A DNA stretch of 64,000 nucleotides from an uncultured Clostridia bacterium (GCA_944350265.1 CALVOG010000002.1:42567-106566); one strand, 5' to 3'; shown: positions 12,001-18,386, numbered from the stretch's first letter. Translations and numbers: made by a program. Notes: a model not told the origin generated them from the letters alone.

Positions 12001-13360
12001 GCGCCGTCAATGTTGGAGAGCCGTATTTGCCCTCAACGCTTGCGCCCGAAGTGAAGGTTTCGCCCAAAGTCCAGTTACCGCTCGCCGTTGTAACCTTCCA
12101 AAACTTGGCTTGTGCCGTGTGGCCAGGATATGTGATTGAAGAAGATGCTGGCAAAGCCACTGGCGTCTTTATATTTTGATTAGTTAATGTTTTACTAGTA
12201 TTATTACTACTATCTTCACCGCCACCATAATTGAGGGTAACAGTATAGTTTTGAAGTTCCCACGTTGCGTAAAGAGTTGTGCTTCCATTCACCGTCACCG
12301 ATGTTCCAACTTTTTCTTCACTATCTATATAATACTTCCAGCCTGTTTGCCTATAGCCGAGATTCGAAAGGAGATATGGTTCGGACAAGTTGATAGTTTG
12401 CGAACCAGTCAATTCAAGCACGATAGCGCCTGACTTAGCTTCCTCTTGTTGTGAGTCAGCGTAAAGAGTGACAAAGTAATTGTTTGTGGAGGTATTCTTC
12501 AATGAATATGCCTTTGGATATGGATAAAGATTGGTTCCAAGAACATCTCCGCTAGAACCTATCACGTTGTCAAATGCAAAAATCCAGCCCGTCTTTTTAG
12601 CTTCATCGTCGTCGCCTAGAAGACCGAACGACCAAGCGCCATTTTCCCAAAGTTTGGTTGTTGCGTCAGTTGTGCCAATAGCATATTCCTCGGAGGCGTA
12701 AAAGCCAACGCGGTATGCAAGCCCCACATTAACTTCACCTGTCGGACTTCCCAACTTGTTCGTGCTGGAAACGTTTGGAGTTGCAGTGTCTCCCGCAGTT
12801 GACGGACTAAATCCGCGAAGCCCCTCCGCCGTGTCATAATAGAAGCCTTCGTAGCTAAAACTATCTAGCTCCGTTGGGATTTCCACGCCCGCACCATTCT
12901 TCGCAAAGAATATGGAGTCGTTGATTATCAAAGACGATGGAGTGGCTCCATTCGCGAACATGCTAATCCCACTCGTCGCGTCACCCGTGTAAACGAGAAT
13001 CACGTTGTTGAGAACCACGTTTTTGGTGTTCCAACTAGAATCAAACGCCGATGCGGTGTTAAACTCAATAAGCGTGTTGCTAATTTGAACATTGCCAAGA
13101 GTTCCAATGGCGCTCGTTAGCGTTTGACCGCTGGTGACTTGCGACGCCCCATTTAAAAAATATTCGTCGCTGATAAACACAGTGTCGCTATCTTGGTTAA
13201 TAGATGTGGCTGACACTTCGTCATCAACGACGGTCGCTGTTGAGCCTATGCTTGACCAAGGCTGACTCATAACTGAGTTAAGCCCGACGCCAAAGATTGA
13301 GGCAAAGACCATAAGCCCCGTCATAAGCATCACGTTCATTTTTCTTTTTAACTTGTCCAT
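1..13360 (-). CDS. Giant secreted surface protein, first 4,453 codons (the ORF runs off the window at position 1). It has a signal peptide, a ~330-aa non-repeat region, then >=30 Listeria-Bacteroides-type repeats (Flg_new/TIGR02543-like) interrupted by non-repeat modules.
   Basis: ATG at 13360-13358 is preceded by GGAG (13370-13367). The N-terminus MDKLKRKMNVMLMTGLMVFASIFGVGLNSVMS looks like a signal peptide. The minus frame with codon first bases at coordinates = 1 mod 3 stayed open in by-eye translation (register checked at 13360, 12837, 8962, 4585, 988). Motifs R-x-G-Y-T-F-x-G-W and L-Y-A-x-W recur every ~70-90 aa. Every minus-strand track ORF in 1-13360 lies in another frame (top = 0 mod 3), as expected if the real frame has no in-window stop. 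Confidence 0.85.
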   Translation of the reverse strand, partial: MDKLKRKMNVMLMTGLMVFASIFGVGLNSVMSQPWSSIGSTATVVDDEVSATSINQDSDTVFISDEYFLNGASQVTSGQTLTSAIGTLGNVQISNTLIEFNTASAFDSSWNTKNVVLNNVILVYTGDATSGISMFANGATPSSLIINDSIFFAKNGAGVEIPTELDSFSYEGFYYDTAEGLRGFSPSTAGDTATPNVSSTNKLGSPTGEVNVGLAYRVGFYASEEYAIGTTDATTKLWENGAWSFGLLGDDDEAKKTGWIFAFDNVIGSSGDVLGTNLYPYPKAYSLKNTSTNNYFVTLYADSQQEEAKSGAIVLELTGSQTINLSEPYLLSNLGYRQTGWKYYIDSEEKVGTSVTVNGSTTLYATWELQNYTVTLNYGGGEDSSNNTSKTLTNQNIKTPVALPASSSITYPGHTAQAKFWKVTTASGNWTLGETFTSGASVEGKYGSPTLTAQWDPNNYTVIFNGNRSTSGSMANQTFKYDVAQRLSDNKYLRTGYEFVGWNTQANGGGTAYTNGQSVKNLTTQGAITLYAQWEPEVYSVTLNLQGGKIGAETTKTLYLRYEHGWYATETDAEAGNTSTLRDATAYIPDKVGNDFAGYYTTQSSAEGKQIINAEGAFMEENNHLTFTTANTTLYARYNAFNVTITFHLNDASDSASRDTKGNKVLGTATSSGLGTSNTLTVNYGSTNLSGTPKATLAGYEFLGWSTNRSATSASACQITAQGKVNGTWTASDDSRTANVYAIWQPKTYTVTLDRNNGTGGSASVEATYGAQMPTATKPTREGYTFAGYEYNNVTYYNESGASAHVWDVANEVTLVAQWDPISYTVQLKVNKFYGDADTFSITSSISVNGGVVTPTLSNAQTTTDISNVEFGQTLTIALDAPADYYLSMTALSANPSMDASGVANGYGVTNHRVAFTNFDAISSNTFVINVYVYKIYEISYNGNGATSGSTTSSYKVYGQSVNLADNGFDRTGYAFKKWHLNSASGTAYEERQAYTSNADAVMYAGWTPNEYKITLDPNGGTFDDNDTKEVTATYNEKLPNIAEANLPKRDGYTFNGYYDAQNGGTKYYNANGTAVDTLWTTDGGDTLFAQWTKGEYTITYQFGGKTIGTQKYYVDTTFDLGETATLAGYQINHWTTSTNVGALVAGGYAWEAGTEYAHNTEITGKYGNVTLVADADPLLYTITLNTNSPVTTNNGIGSVTLTPAPDNNTIYVVYGTTTLYTSKSSEVAGSGDGTIVASLNGYVFKGWATSENGTPITNNQGGLLNAWNTPSDATFYAIWEEADTNKITYNLNSGSYSGATTVTYSPSKAFSLLGKEDVTREGYTLRGWLASNVSGGNWENNKEYTEGASFKVFSMYGPVTLTAQWTPNTYDVIIDANGGAFADGETITVKATYASAMPEISVPTRNGYAFAGVWDKAEGGVQYYKTDGTSARTWDKAQDTTLYAHWTANTTIVTYDANADGATVTGLNYGALRTNEDWSGEEWVLERLGVVVSYNPQTNVYTLNGTRNSDLNLSIGLVDLDLPNNMFASGAYTFGYDVLSGSVKNTAKNYIGAVVINDDNGSWTDMVKFDGPGSHLKNYAHEYEKNMTEEQLNKENFVMYISHTPGGDLPTFTNYQIRFYLYYNTPITNNQQTITHDENTYMPIAKREGYKFIGWNTEADGSGKFYSAGNIGELTGGNETLYAIWEAKRIPVAINLNKGSASTTPTYERTNLYIDYGTQNVYDAWVGGNKLTADDLIPTLPGYTFAGWSVNDATYINGNGTFTKNWDINYKSGNFTTLKANWTPKRIEVIADAGEGAFSNNDKERTYYFTFDGTIDQIYTDKTGANKATLEAPTRFLYDFDGYKDSAGNKVITYADGKFSFTRWTTLNTANDEEAVTITAIYSEHGYQIEFASNGGNYEDGSPSDHLTLKVGTDFTTRGSSDIYRDGYTFKGWAFESGATTPDFTAGQVVTSSEETTSDFYKIALNQVLYAVWEENDYTVTYTAEAGDTNVTLPSPSSFDYTYNSTNVLASATRTGYTFAGWITKTNVGEYHNNTFAWETGEVYSAGTSVKGKIGNVTLVATWTPHTYTVTFDANGGTGTQMQSQSFKYGEEKALSANTYTREGHTFLGWSTNSSASAPTYTDKQPVSNLTPTDNGTVDLFAIWKANTYVVTLNRNLSSLINNGGSPTLNTNATLYVVYGSNKIYSTRTGNEQKDYAVSGEVTPVVTNLTGYTFDGWTLNNELITNASGVLKSNWNVDNDATLFAKYTPREYTLTLNFASANSEATHSTNFTVTVSGDDETKTLNAGGSLAITKAFSATALTVTLTKTGADEYLVATGAKPTESSARNTISFTWTPSKSESKSIYVKEIYDIELVINKGNVNTTTKAEKFHGINKIFTPSSTPNGYTFTGWLVSNASTGNGSTIAPNTAFTLNTDATLTAQFDPISYDITYTFDEKYTVYHGDTELQNNSYTAVNAYNVETNLTLLDNDDFTIYGYTIKNWTFVSGEGESANWSSTGLNFGALGTGFYGDVVIEAVIEPVEYTVTYEANNGTLSSEATKKYDIEDTFNLYSDADISRTGYTLVGWTISSDGTANNWATAGETVDGVRVDYKKGAPISGKYGDVTLVAQWKANTYTITYNANEGKFTSAGDSTQTYTYPNAVTLRNGTNITRAGYTLIGFTITDDEGNWAETYPLEDGVNIALENNAFTTKANMHGDVTLVAQWRADKTPFDVIVNIQNTSGSYTQLATFKVSTYDTGTTVKIDDIKALVEGGEANVDGFEYASYSTNKTGNSLVVAGDGSLDITLNYNYIVYTATVNAGEGQFAGGGKSQTYYYNVYGRVDYSGEVVSNQKIGFALPSKTDILRTGHTLTKFTATCSDGTADGSKWLQTNTDLGQGVTVSSDADNASSTARLFGNITLTAEWSVNSYAIQYNQNYGTGNAGIRGLNYAVRSADWNTTQNGVTINYDADTNVFTLDGTSTSDIRLVDFAGAFEAGTYKVGYFVLDGAMNMFACSFKISLGSTVASFASDNDYFASKEITISSATSATISISGIGASFSNTQIAFFIYKSDEVVLEQEITYGVAEPLSYAEREGYAFAGWNTQVNGEGAYYSYENIGTITDDIELFAQWKPMNYVINFDAENIVTYPYLVQKWNDESATEQISFTEEHTKVNNELVSKITISSLGDAFAGWWLVADDLEVGEEYVWTAEIKSTHAHQIKIGKQQGGPINYTIEQANEWVNVSIRFTSNDSQYSDFVFYSSTWTVGEVFEFKNVSVQKVGDIRADHAIGNRTVRYGELYGTLPTPTKTGYTFNGWYLDDGTFENKVESATTVGTAQNHTLYSKWTANQYQVAFAKNAPDDAEVDGTMENQTFTYDGGKVALRKNTYVNPGYTFRGWGTAESIKAEDIAKRVVYKDEEPVENLTPVRDATVTLYAVWEANTVTVTFNLNDKTDGNGSTEATFLLGDLNSNGGIMKVAYSGTFNDLYVSDENTRQGLMGADRAGYTFNGWFTAKTNGVQVTKDTKVNTIDTNATLAITLFARWTPETLTVTYNGNGGTAGGEATVSGTSATFDATYTILPNEGGTEFVRAGYSFAGWSLGSGDNNEILYSVEDLGENGKEITFQYTSPLTLYAVWEAHTYTLILNANDENNPGSTATLIAGKNNEISLKYNQSYTFESIFSKEGYTFVGWAINAETSAGAFAGDVAGLGDGMIKNGETVSGLTAVDNETYTLYAIWQAGAVAYKVNFRVQSVAGARAGSTDLATAFENFTADTISTTAYAGTEINIETLMNAFESKYGAYKLAEYDIVSSAGEGNYIVQGDGSLVIDVYYTRGTYDVTITIGTGIASVTVKGASSTVISSTGGVYKVYYDETITLSATPKAGYANPVFKDGEATVSSVQIKTNKTFTVSATPQTVTYNVEIYQQNIADNNYVKFGETKTASGLTDTKVAFGTTTSGFGVTLNGTPFEYNGFKYNVEATTANNAGGISAININGDKSTTVKIYFDRRYYEFKFCDVENPAIDTYSVSGVKVTDLGKIEGSGEYEGEMHHRYIIRYGSSFNITVTLNSGYKFVKWKFGDPATAPDNFNTSNQNQTNLVMKTDFNVRMTFELNSYNLTIDPNGGTYDGETTNTVINEEYTTVVDLSTPVRRGYTFTGWQKSGSGTGTLNGSVQSGFTFTMGVGDNTLTAQWSENTYNIKFTNVYNSFNVIVANADGSDPQTVTIPENGTDGSHEYTITVKFTDIVVTTDNGVSTTPTGETYAELKGTNPTRTGYVFGQNAIYLEENIIAIFTITGTTGGYRYTNAANWGSNGAEINGTMAYAFTQLADETTVTISLNWSPMVSEITLSAEKEEGTSTDITATHEKVYANYDGLSLYGSIYTDGRIHEQVSGSAVTPTASRDGYKFAGWATGDGTVVIGSNGRLVSGVSGYTNASGGWIRTDDITLYAKWTAERYAIILNANGGTIDGSTISGDTVYAEFD

Positions 13361-13408
13361 ATTTTTCTCCTTACGCTAAGCGGTTTCCCGCCCTTTGTAT
13401 TCAAAAAT

Positions 13409-13438
13409 ATTATAATATATATGCGCAACTAATGTCAA
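13409..13438 (-). promoter_or_regulatory. Sigma-A-type promoter candidate for the giant gene
   Basis: The minus strand reads TTGACA (13438-13433), an 18-nt spacer, then TATAAT (13414-13409), about 45 nt upstream of the ATG. Confidence 0.6.
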
Positions 13439-13530
13439 ATTTAATCGCAAAAAAATTAATTTATTTAAGAAATTTTTTTCCGCATTTTTTATTTGTTTTT
13501 CTCTTTTCTTCAAATTTATCAAATCGCCAG

Positions 13531-13539
13531 TTATCCACA
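13531..13539 (+). promoter_or_regulatory. Isolated perfect DnaA-box 9-mer (TTATCCACA)
   Basis: Exact match to the consensus. A one-mismatch box (TTTTCCACA) lies at 13758-13766. Confidence 0.35.
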
Positions 13540-14327
13540 TTTTACGAACGAAAAAATGTTTGCCATAAAAATTATTTTAAAAATAAAAAATTCGCCCAAA
13601 ATTATTAATTTTTCGCAAAAATTAAGAAAAAATGCACTTTTTTTCAATTTTTTTTCGATTTTTTAATGATTTTTTTGCGTTTTTTATTTTTCGCAAATTT
13701 TTGGTGTTTTATTTTTCCTATTTTTTTATCTTTTTAATCCCTTCTTTTTTAAAAAAGTTTTCCACAATTCCACATTTTTTCTTTCCTTTCCTGCCCAGTT
13801 TTTTCTCTTTTTATTTTCATAACCACACCACACTTCTCGCAAATTAGGATTCTTAAAAGCAACGTCCACACCATTTTCTTTCCTCTCTTTTTTATTTTTT
13901 CTCTATAACCGCACCACTTTTTTTTCACAAACCGCACCACTTTTTTCATAAATTAAAGTCTCCAAAAAACGCACCATTTTTTCACGCTACATAAAAGTCT
14001 CACTTAGCAAACTGTTTTCCAAAACGGGGTAAAGTTTTGTTATTAACACTCCTACAACCTCTCACTTCGCGCTTTCAGCGTGAATATATTTTCGAACTTT
14101 TACTATCTCATTATTTCAAAATTTTCTAGCCATACACAAAATTTTTTCTACCGCATAGGCTGTAAATATACAAATCGCTCGTTTAACCAAGATTTTGTTT
14201 TGGTTTTTATCCACTTGGCTATATCCGCGTAAGCCACTTGCTTTAACAAACCAGATGCGGTTTCTTTCACATCGGCAAAACGCACACAATTCCACCCATA
14301 AGCAAAATTTACACAAAAGAGGTCTCA

Positions 14328-15092
14328 ATGTCACCAACACTTTACATAATCATAGGGTTTTCAATAACATTTTTAATGACCACGCTGGGCGCGCTTTGCG
14401 TCTACTTTCTCAAAAAGCCCTCAACTTTCGTAAATATGCTAACCATAGGCTTCGCGTCAGGCATAATGCTGTCCGCTTCGGTTTGGTCGCTACTCTTGCC
14501 CTCGATTGAATACGCCCAGGAGCAATATTCCAACCTCTTCATCCTTCCGGTCACCATAGGCTTCCTCCTAGGCGGTATTTTTATGGTTGCGCTCGACAAA
14601 ATTACGGGCCATTTCAGCAATTTGAAGAACGACGAAAGTAAAAATAAAGCATTCAAATTGTTCACCGCCGTCACTGTGCATAACATTCCCGAGGGCTTAG
14701 CAGTGGGATTCGCTTTCGGCTCAGCATTTGCCACCCAAAGTTCCCTATTTTCCGCATTTTTAATCGCCCTCGGCATCGCGCTTCAAAATTTCCCAGAAGG
14801 GCTCGCAGTCGCCTTGCCTATGCATAAAACGCTTGGTAGTAAGCATAAAGCCTTCCTTTTTGGCACCATAAGCGGTGTTGTTGAGCCCATTTTTGCCATT
14901 GCAGGCTTCTTTTTAGCAAGCACTTTAACCTCACTTATGCCGTGGCTTCTCTCTTTTTCAGCTGGCGCAATGATTTATGTCGTGGTTGAAGAACTTTTAC
15001 CAGAACTGCATATCAACGAAAAAACCACAATCGGCACCTGGGCTTTTATAATCGGCTTCATATTGATGATGGTTTTGGATTTATGTCTATAA
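14328..15092 (+). CDS. zupT: ZIP-family divalent metal (zinc) transporter, ZupT-like
   Basis: The 254-aa polytopic protein has two ZIP signature segments, VHNIPEGLAVGFAFG and LQNFPEGLAVALP. AGAGG lies upstream of the ATG. Confidence 0.8.
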   Translation: MSPTLYIIIGFSITFLMTTLGALCVYFLKKPSTFVNMLTIGFASGIMLSASVWSLLLPSIEYAQEQYSNLFILPVTIGFLLGGIFMVALDKITGHFSNLKNDESKNKAFKLFTAVTVHNIPEGLAVGFAFGSAFATQSSLFSAFLIALGIALQNFPEGLAVALPMHKTLGSKHKAFLFGTISGVVEPIFAIAGFFLASTLTSLMPWLLSFSAGAMIYVVVEELLPELHINEKTTIGTWAFIIGFILMMVLDLCL

Positions 15093-16204
15093 CCGCACAA
15101 TAAACCACCTTCAATGCAACGAGTTGCCTCGATTTCATAGCAGGTTGCAAACAACAACCTCTTCCCCACACCTTTTGCTTAATCAAACCTTTGCCCATAT
15201 AGCAGTATAGCATATCATACTCTACAAAATTTGTATTTTAATTTATTTAATTTAAAATACACCCTGCCGACACAGCATATTCCACCCTGCTACCCTCACC
15301 ACTTAAAAACATCAGGCGCCTATAGCCTAAAAAAACAAACTGTAAAAATAAGATAATTAATAGGCAAAAAAACTAATTAAAAATTTATAAAATTTTCAAA
15401 TAAAAATAATCAATTAAAAAATAATAATTTTTTAACAAAAAAATACGAAAAAATCAATAAAAATTGCATTTTTTTAATTTTTATAAATAATAAATTAATT
15501 TTAAAAATTTACGAACAAAAAATTAATCTAAAATTCCTTTTTTCGTATCCAAAAAATATTTGAAACCCACCAAAAAATACGTCTACTTAAAATGTAAAAA
15601 AATAATTTAAAAATAATTTAAAATCATTTAAAAATAATTTAAAATAATTTTTTATTATTAAAATTTTATTGAGTTAAAAAACTTAATTTTTTAGTCTTTT
15701 TTGTTTATTTTATTTAATATTTTTCCGTATTTTTTAAATATTTTTTTTGATTATTTTAATGACAATTTTAATGACAATTTAAAACATAGCTTAGTTAAAA
15801 ATATAGACGGATTTTTATTTTCCTTTTACCTTGTTTTTTGCCACAAAAAGTCTAGTATTTTTGTTACAATATGCGTCATTGCTTTTAGAAGCAAAACAAA
15901 AAAATGCGGTCAACTTAATAAAATTATAGCAAAGTCACAATGTGGATTTGAACATAAACTAATCTAACAAACTTAAACCTTACAACCACAAAAAACTCAA
16001 GCCGCTCTAAAAATGCAACAATCGTTATCAAAGGTCTCTAAGGTCATTCCTATAATTATTGCATTTTCAGTTAGCACACACACGCACGCACACGCACAAC
16101 AACCCCTGCATACTTAACCGCCTTTTCTTTTGCATCCAGTGTCACGCCTCCATTTGTTGCATTAGAAAGCATTTTGCAAAACTATCCCTGCCTGTTTGCA
16201 AGAA

Positions 16205-16230
16205 CAAAAAAAGAGCATAAAATGCTCTTT
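16205..16230 (-). terminator. Rho-independent terminator downstream of the 16309-16626 gene
   Basis: A 9-bp stem AAAGAGCAT/ATGCTCTTT (16210-16230) is followed on the minus strand by a T-run. Confidence 0.7.
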
Positions 16231-16308
16231 ATTGATTTGCTTCTCTAAAAGTTTGCCCTTCCTTAACACGCTCGCATTTTGCTATTTAGGCAGATTTCTA
16301 AGATAAAC

Positions 16309-16626
16309 TTAAATTTGCAAGCCCACAGCTTCGTGAGCCTTATTAAACGCCACGCGCACCTTTCTTACGTCGCCATTTGGACTGATTTCAAGCCCTTTTT
16401 CTTCACCAACCGTCTCAATAATAACACGTGACAATTTCGCCCCTTCAATACGCTCCAGCGCTAATTTTTTTGACCCCTTAACAAAGCTTCCTTCTGCCCA
16501 CGTGCTTTCACCTTCACGCAAATAGTAGCAAACCGTCAGCTTTTGCGCGTGCGTCAAAACATCACAATGCTTTTTAACAAAGTTCTCTGCAACATCCTTG
16601 TTTGACATATTGTATTTCATACCCAT
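16309..16626 (-). CDS. Hypothetical protein (105 aa)
   Basis: Track ORF with GGAGG-like sequence (AGGAGGATGGGT) upstream and its own terminator. No family recognised. Confidence 0.55.
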   Translation of the reverse strand: MGMKYNMSNKDVAENFVKKHCDVLTHAQKLTVCYYLREGESTWAEGSFVKGSKKLALERIEGAKLSRVIIETVGEEKGLEISPNGDVRKVRVAFNKAHEAVGLQI

Positions 16627-16673
16627 CCTCCTCTTTCAAGAAAATTCACCCACGCAAACATTTTGCGTTAGAT

Positions 16674-16764
16674 TGGCGGAGAGTGAGGGATTCGAACCCT
16701 CGCTACCTGTTACAGTACTACTCCCTTAGCAGGGGAGCCTCTTCGACCTCTTGAGTAACTCTCC
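16674..16764 (-). tRNA. tRNA-Ser (anticodon GCU), CCA encoded
   Basis: The reverse complement folds as a cloverleaf. Acceptor stem is GGAGAGT/ACTCTCC, anticodon stem CTCCC/GGGAG with loop CT-GCT-AA. It has a long variable arm, T-arm GAGGG-TTCGAAT-CCCTC, and a 3' GCCA. Confidence 0.9.
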
Positions 16765-16777
16765 AAACGTCCTTATT

Positions 16778-16806
16778 AGTCTACCATTATTGAACGTATT
16801 TGTCAA
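16778..16806 (-). promoter_or_regulatory. Promoter candidate for tRNA-Ser(GCU)
   Basis: The minus strand reads TTGACA (16806-16801), a 17-nt spacer, then TAGACT (16783-16778), about 14 nt upstream of the tRNA 5' end. Confidence 0.5.
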
Positions 16807-16882
16807 GGCTTTTAAAAATATTTTTTACTCATTTAGCAAAACTTCATTTTCTCGCAAAGCACGTGAGGTTAAAAATTAATTA

Positions 16883-17080
16883 TATAGTTATATAAACATA
16901 ACTTTTAAAAAGACAGTTGTTACACGATTTTTTTGTGTTCTAAATACTCATTGGTTATGTTTTTATAACTAAACCCGGACGCGAATTTTAAAGATAGTTC
17001 TTTAATCATAACTAAAAATATTTTTAAAAACACAAATCAACATTTATTCGACGCCACGTGGTTATTTTTATATAACTATA
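16883..17080. promoter_or_regulatory. Three copies of a 20-bp palindromic operator-like motif (GTTAT-N6-7-ATAAC core)
   Basis: Copies lie at 16883-16902 (inverted), 16954-16973 and 17061-17080: GTTATGTTTATATAACTATA, GTTATGTTTTTATAACTAAA and GTTATTTTTATATAACTATA. CACGTG lies at 16860-16865 and abuts the third copy at 17055-17060. Confidence 0.4.
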
Positions 17081-17343
17081 ATACGTGCACAAAATTTATT
17101 GGGAAATATCACACTGTACTAAAAAACATAAAACTTACAACCCAACTCTCACATATAATTCATCTCTTCAACTGTGCTTTGCAGAATTTTTAAAATTTGA
17201 CCTAATCCCTATCTTAATTAACCAAATTTATTTACTTTATCTACTTTATCAATATGCTTTAACTATAATACAGCAAAACATAAACCTAAATATAGTAAAA
17301 TAGAATTCACTTTTTTTAGTAGATCTGATTAATGTATGTGCAA

Positions 17344-17372
17344 TAAAAAAGAGCGACGACAACATCGCTCTT
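17344..17372 (-). terminator. Rho-independent terminator of rubrerythrin gene
   Basis: Stem AGAGCGA/TCGCTCT (17350-17371) is followed on the minus strand by a T-run, immediately 3' of the stop codon. Confidence 0.7.
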
Positions 17373-17377
17373 TAATC

Positions 17378-17920
17378 TTAAAACTCTTCAACCAAAATTT
17401 CGAAATAAGCTTGTGGGTGACTGCAAACTGGGCAAACCTTTGGTGCTTCGTCACCAACATACACGTGACCACAGTTTCTACATACCCAAATCTTCTTGTC
17501 GGTCTTTTTAAACACTGTCTTATTTTTAACAACCTCAGCAAGCTTTCTATAACGCTCTTCGTGTCTCTTTTCAATCTTAGCTACGCCTTCAAACTTAGCC
17601 GCAATAGCCATAAATCCTTCTTCGCGTGCCTCTTCAGCCATTCTCTTATACATTTCCGTCCATTCGCCGTTTTCGCCAGCAGCAGCATCCAATAGGTTTG
17701 TTAAGGTATCTGGCACTTCTCCACCGTGCAATTCCTTGAACCACATCTTTGCGTGTTCTTTTTCATTATCAGCAGTTTCAGTAAATACCGCAGCGATTTG
17801 CTCATACCCTTCTTTTTTTGCCTTAGATGCGTAATAAGTATACTTATTTCTAGCTTGGCTTTCACCAGCAAACGCCTCCATTAAATTCTTTTCCGTTTTT
17901 GTTCCTTTTAACTCTTTCAT
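17378..17920 (-). CDS. rbr: Rubrerythrin
   Basis: The N-terminal diiron ferritin-like domain starts MKELKGTKTEKNLMEAFAGESQARNKYTYYA. The C-terminal rubredoxin-like segment CRNCG...CPVCSHP carries two CxxC pairs. Confidence 0.9.
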   Translation of the reverse strand: MKELKGTKTEKNLMEAFAGESQARNKYTYYASKAKKEGYEQIAAVFTETADNEKEHAKMWFKELHGGEVPDTLTNLLDAAAGENGEWTEMYKRMAEEAREEGFMAIAAKFEGVAKIEKRHEERYRKLAEVVKNKTVFKKTDKKIWVCRNCGHVYVGDEAPKVCPVCSHPQAYFEILVEEF

Positions 17921-18248
17921 CTTTTACCTCCACTTATATATTACCATAAATAGGACTTAAAAGTCAACTAAATTTAACAGGGCATTTTTATTTCAGCAAA
18001 CTCACAACAAACCTAATAACACCTCACTTTTATTTAGCCTCAAGGACCTATCAACAAGGAATTTGCGTCCTCATAATATATTTTTTTGTTTAAACAATTC
18101 ACAAATCTTACAACAAATGTCAATCAGCATTATATTTACTGCATTTATTTGTCTACTAAAACACTAAAAGTAACCAATTTAAACTACAAGGGTGCAGTAA
18201 TCTGCCTAAAAACGCTAAAACATAGACTTTTCGTATAATCAACAAAAA

Positions 18249-18264
18249 TGTTTCACGTGAAACA
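18249..18264. promoter_or_regulatory. parS site 1 (TGTTTCACGTGAAACA)
   Basis: Perfect 16-bp palindrome matching the Firmicutes parS consensus TGTTNCACGTGAAACA. Confidence 0.85.
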
Positions 18265-18386
18265 TTTTTACACCCTCCACACTTTCATTTTGTGCTTATT
18301 TTGCGTATGCAAACATTGCCTATTATAATATATCGATGTGCAACCGCTTTTATCTTAATTTTAAATACGCTAAGTTGTTTTTTAAA

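Noticed and set aside
814-12837. Sixteen 60-140-aa minus-strand track ORFs, plus many plus-strand ones, scattered through 1-13360.
   Set aside because: All the minus-strand ones share one frame (top coordinate = 0 mod 3), which is offset by one base from the real open frame (= 1 mod 3). Their translations are Arg/Thr/Pro-rich shadow-frame sequences of the giant repeat gene. The plus-strand ones are antisense shadows.
1-13360. The idea that the lack of a long track ORF over 13 kb means an alternative genetic code (for example, TGA reassignment) or a pseudogene.
   Set aside because: The frame is open under the standard code in by-eye translation. Neighbouring genes are intact with standard stops. 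The omission is explained by the ORF having no stop codon inside the window; the same applies to 61310-64000.
13531-13870. A possible second DnaA-box cluster (datA/DARS-like or a second origin) upstream of the giant gene.
   Set aside because: Only one perfect box and one single-mismatch box are present. The other CCACA-containing 9-mers have 2-3 mismatches, and at this AT content that is not clearly above chance.
13632-13949. Track ORFs 13632-13847 (+) and 13749-13949 (-), with Phe- or Lys-rich products.
   Set aside because: They are low-complexity translations of poly-T/poly-A tracts. They have no RBS and no plausible protein character.
16075-16103. A CA/CG-rich microsatellite-like tract (CACACACACGCACGCACACGCACAACAAC).
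   Set aside because: It is short, imperfect and isolated, with no flanking feature suggesting function. It is noted only as part of the non-coding gap.
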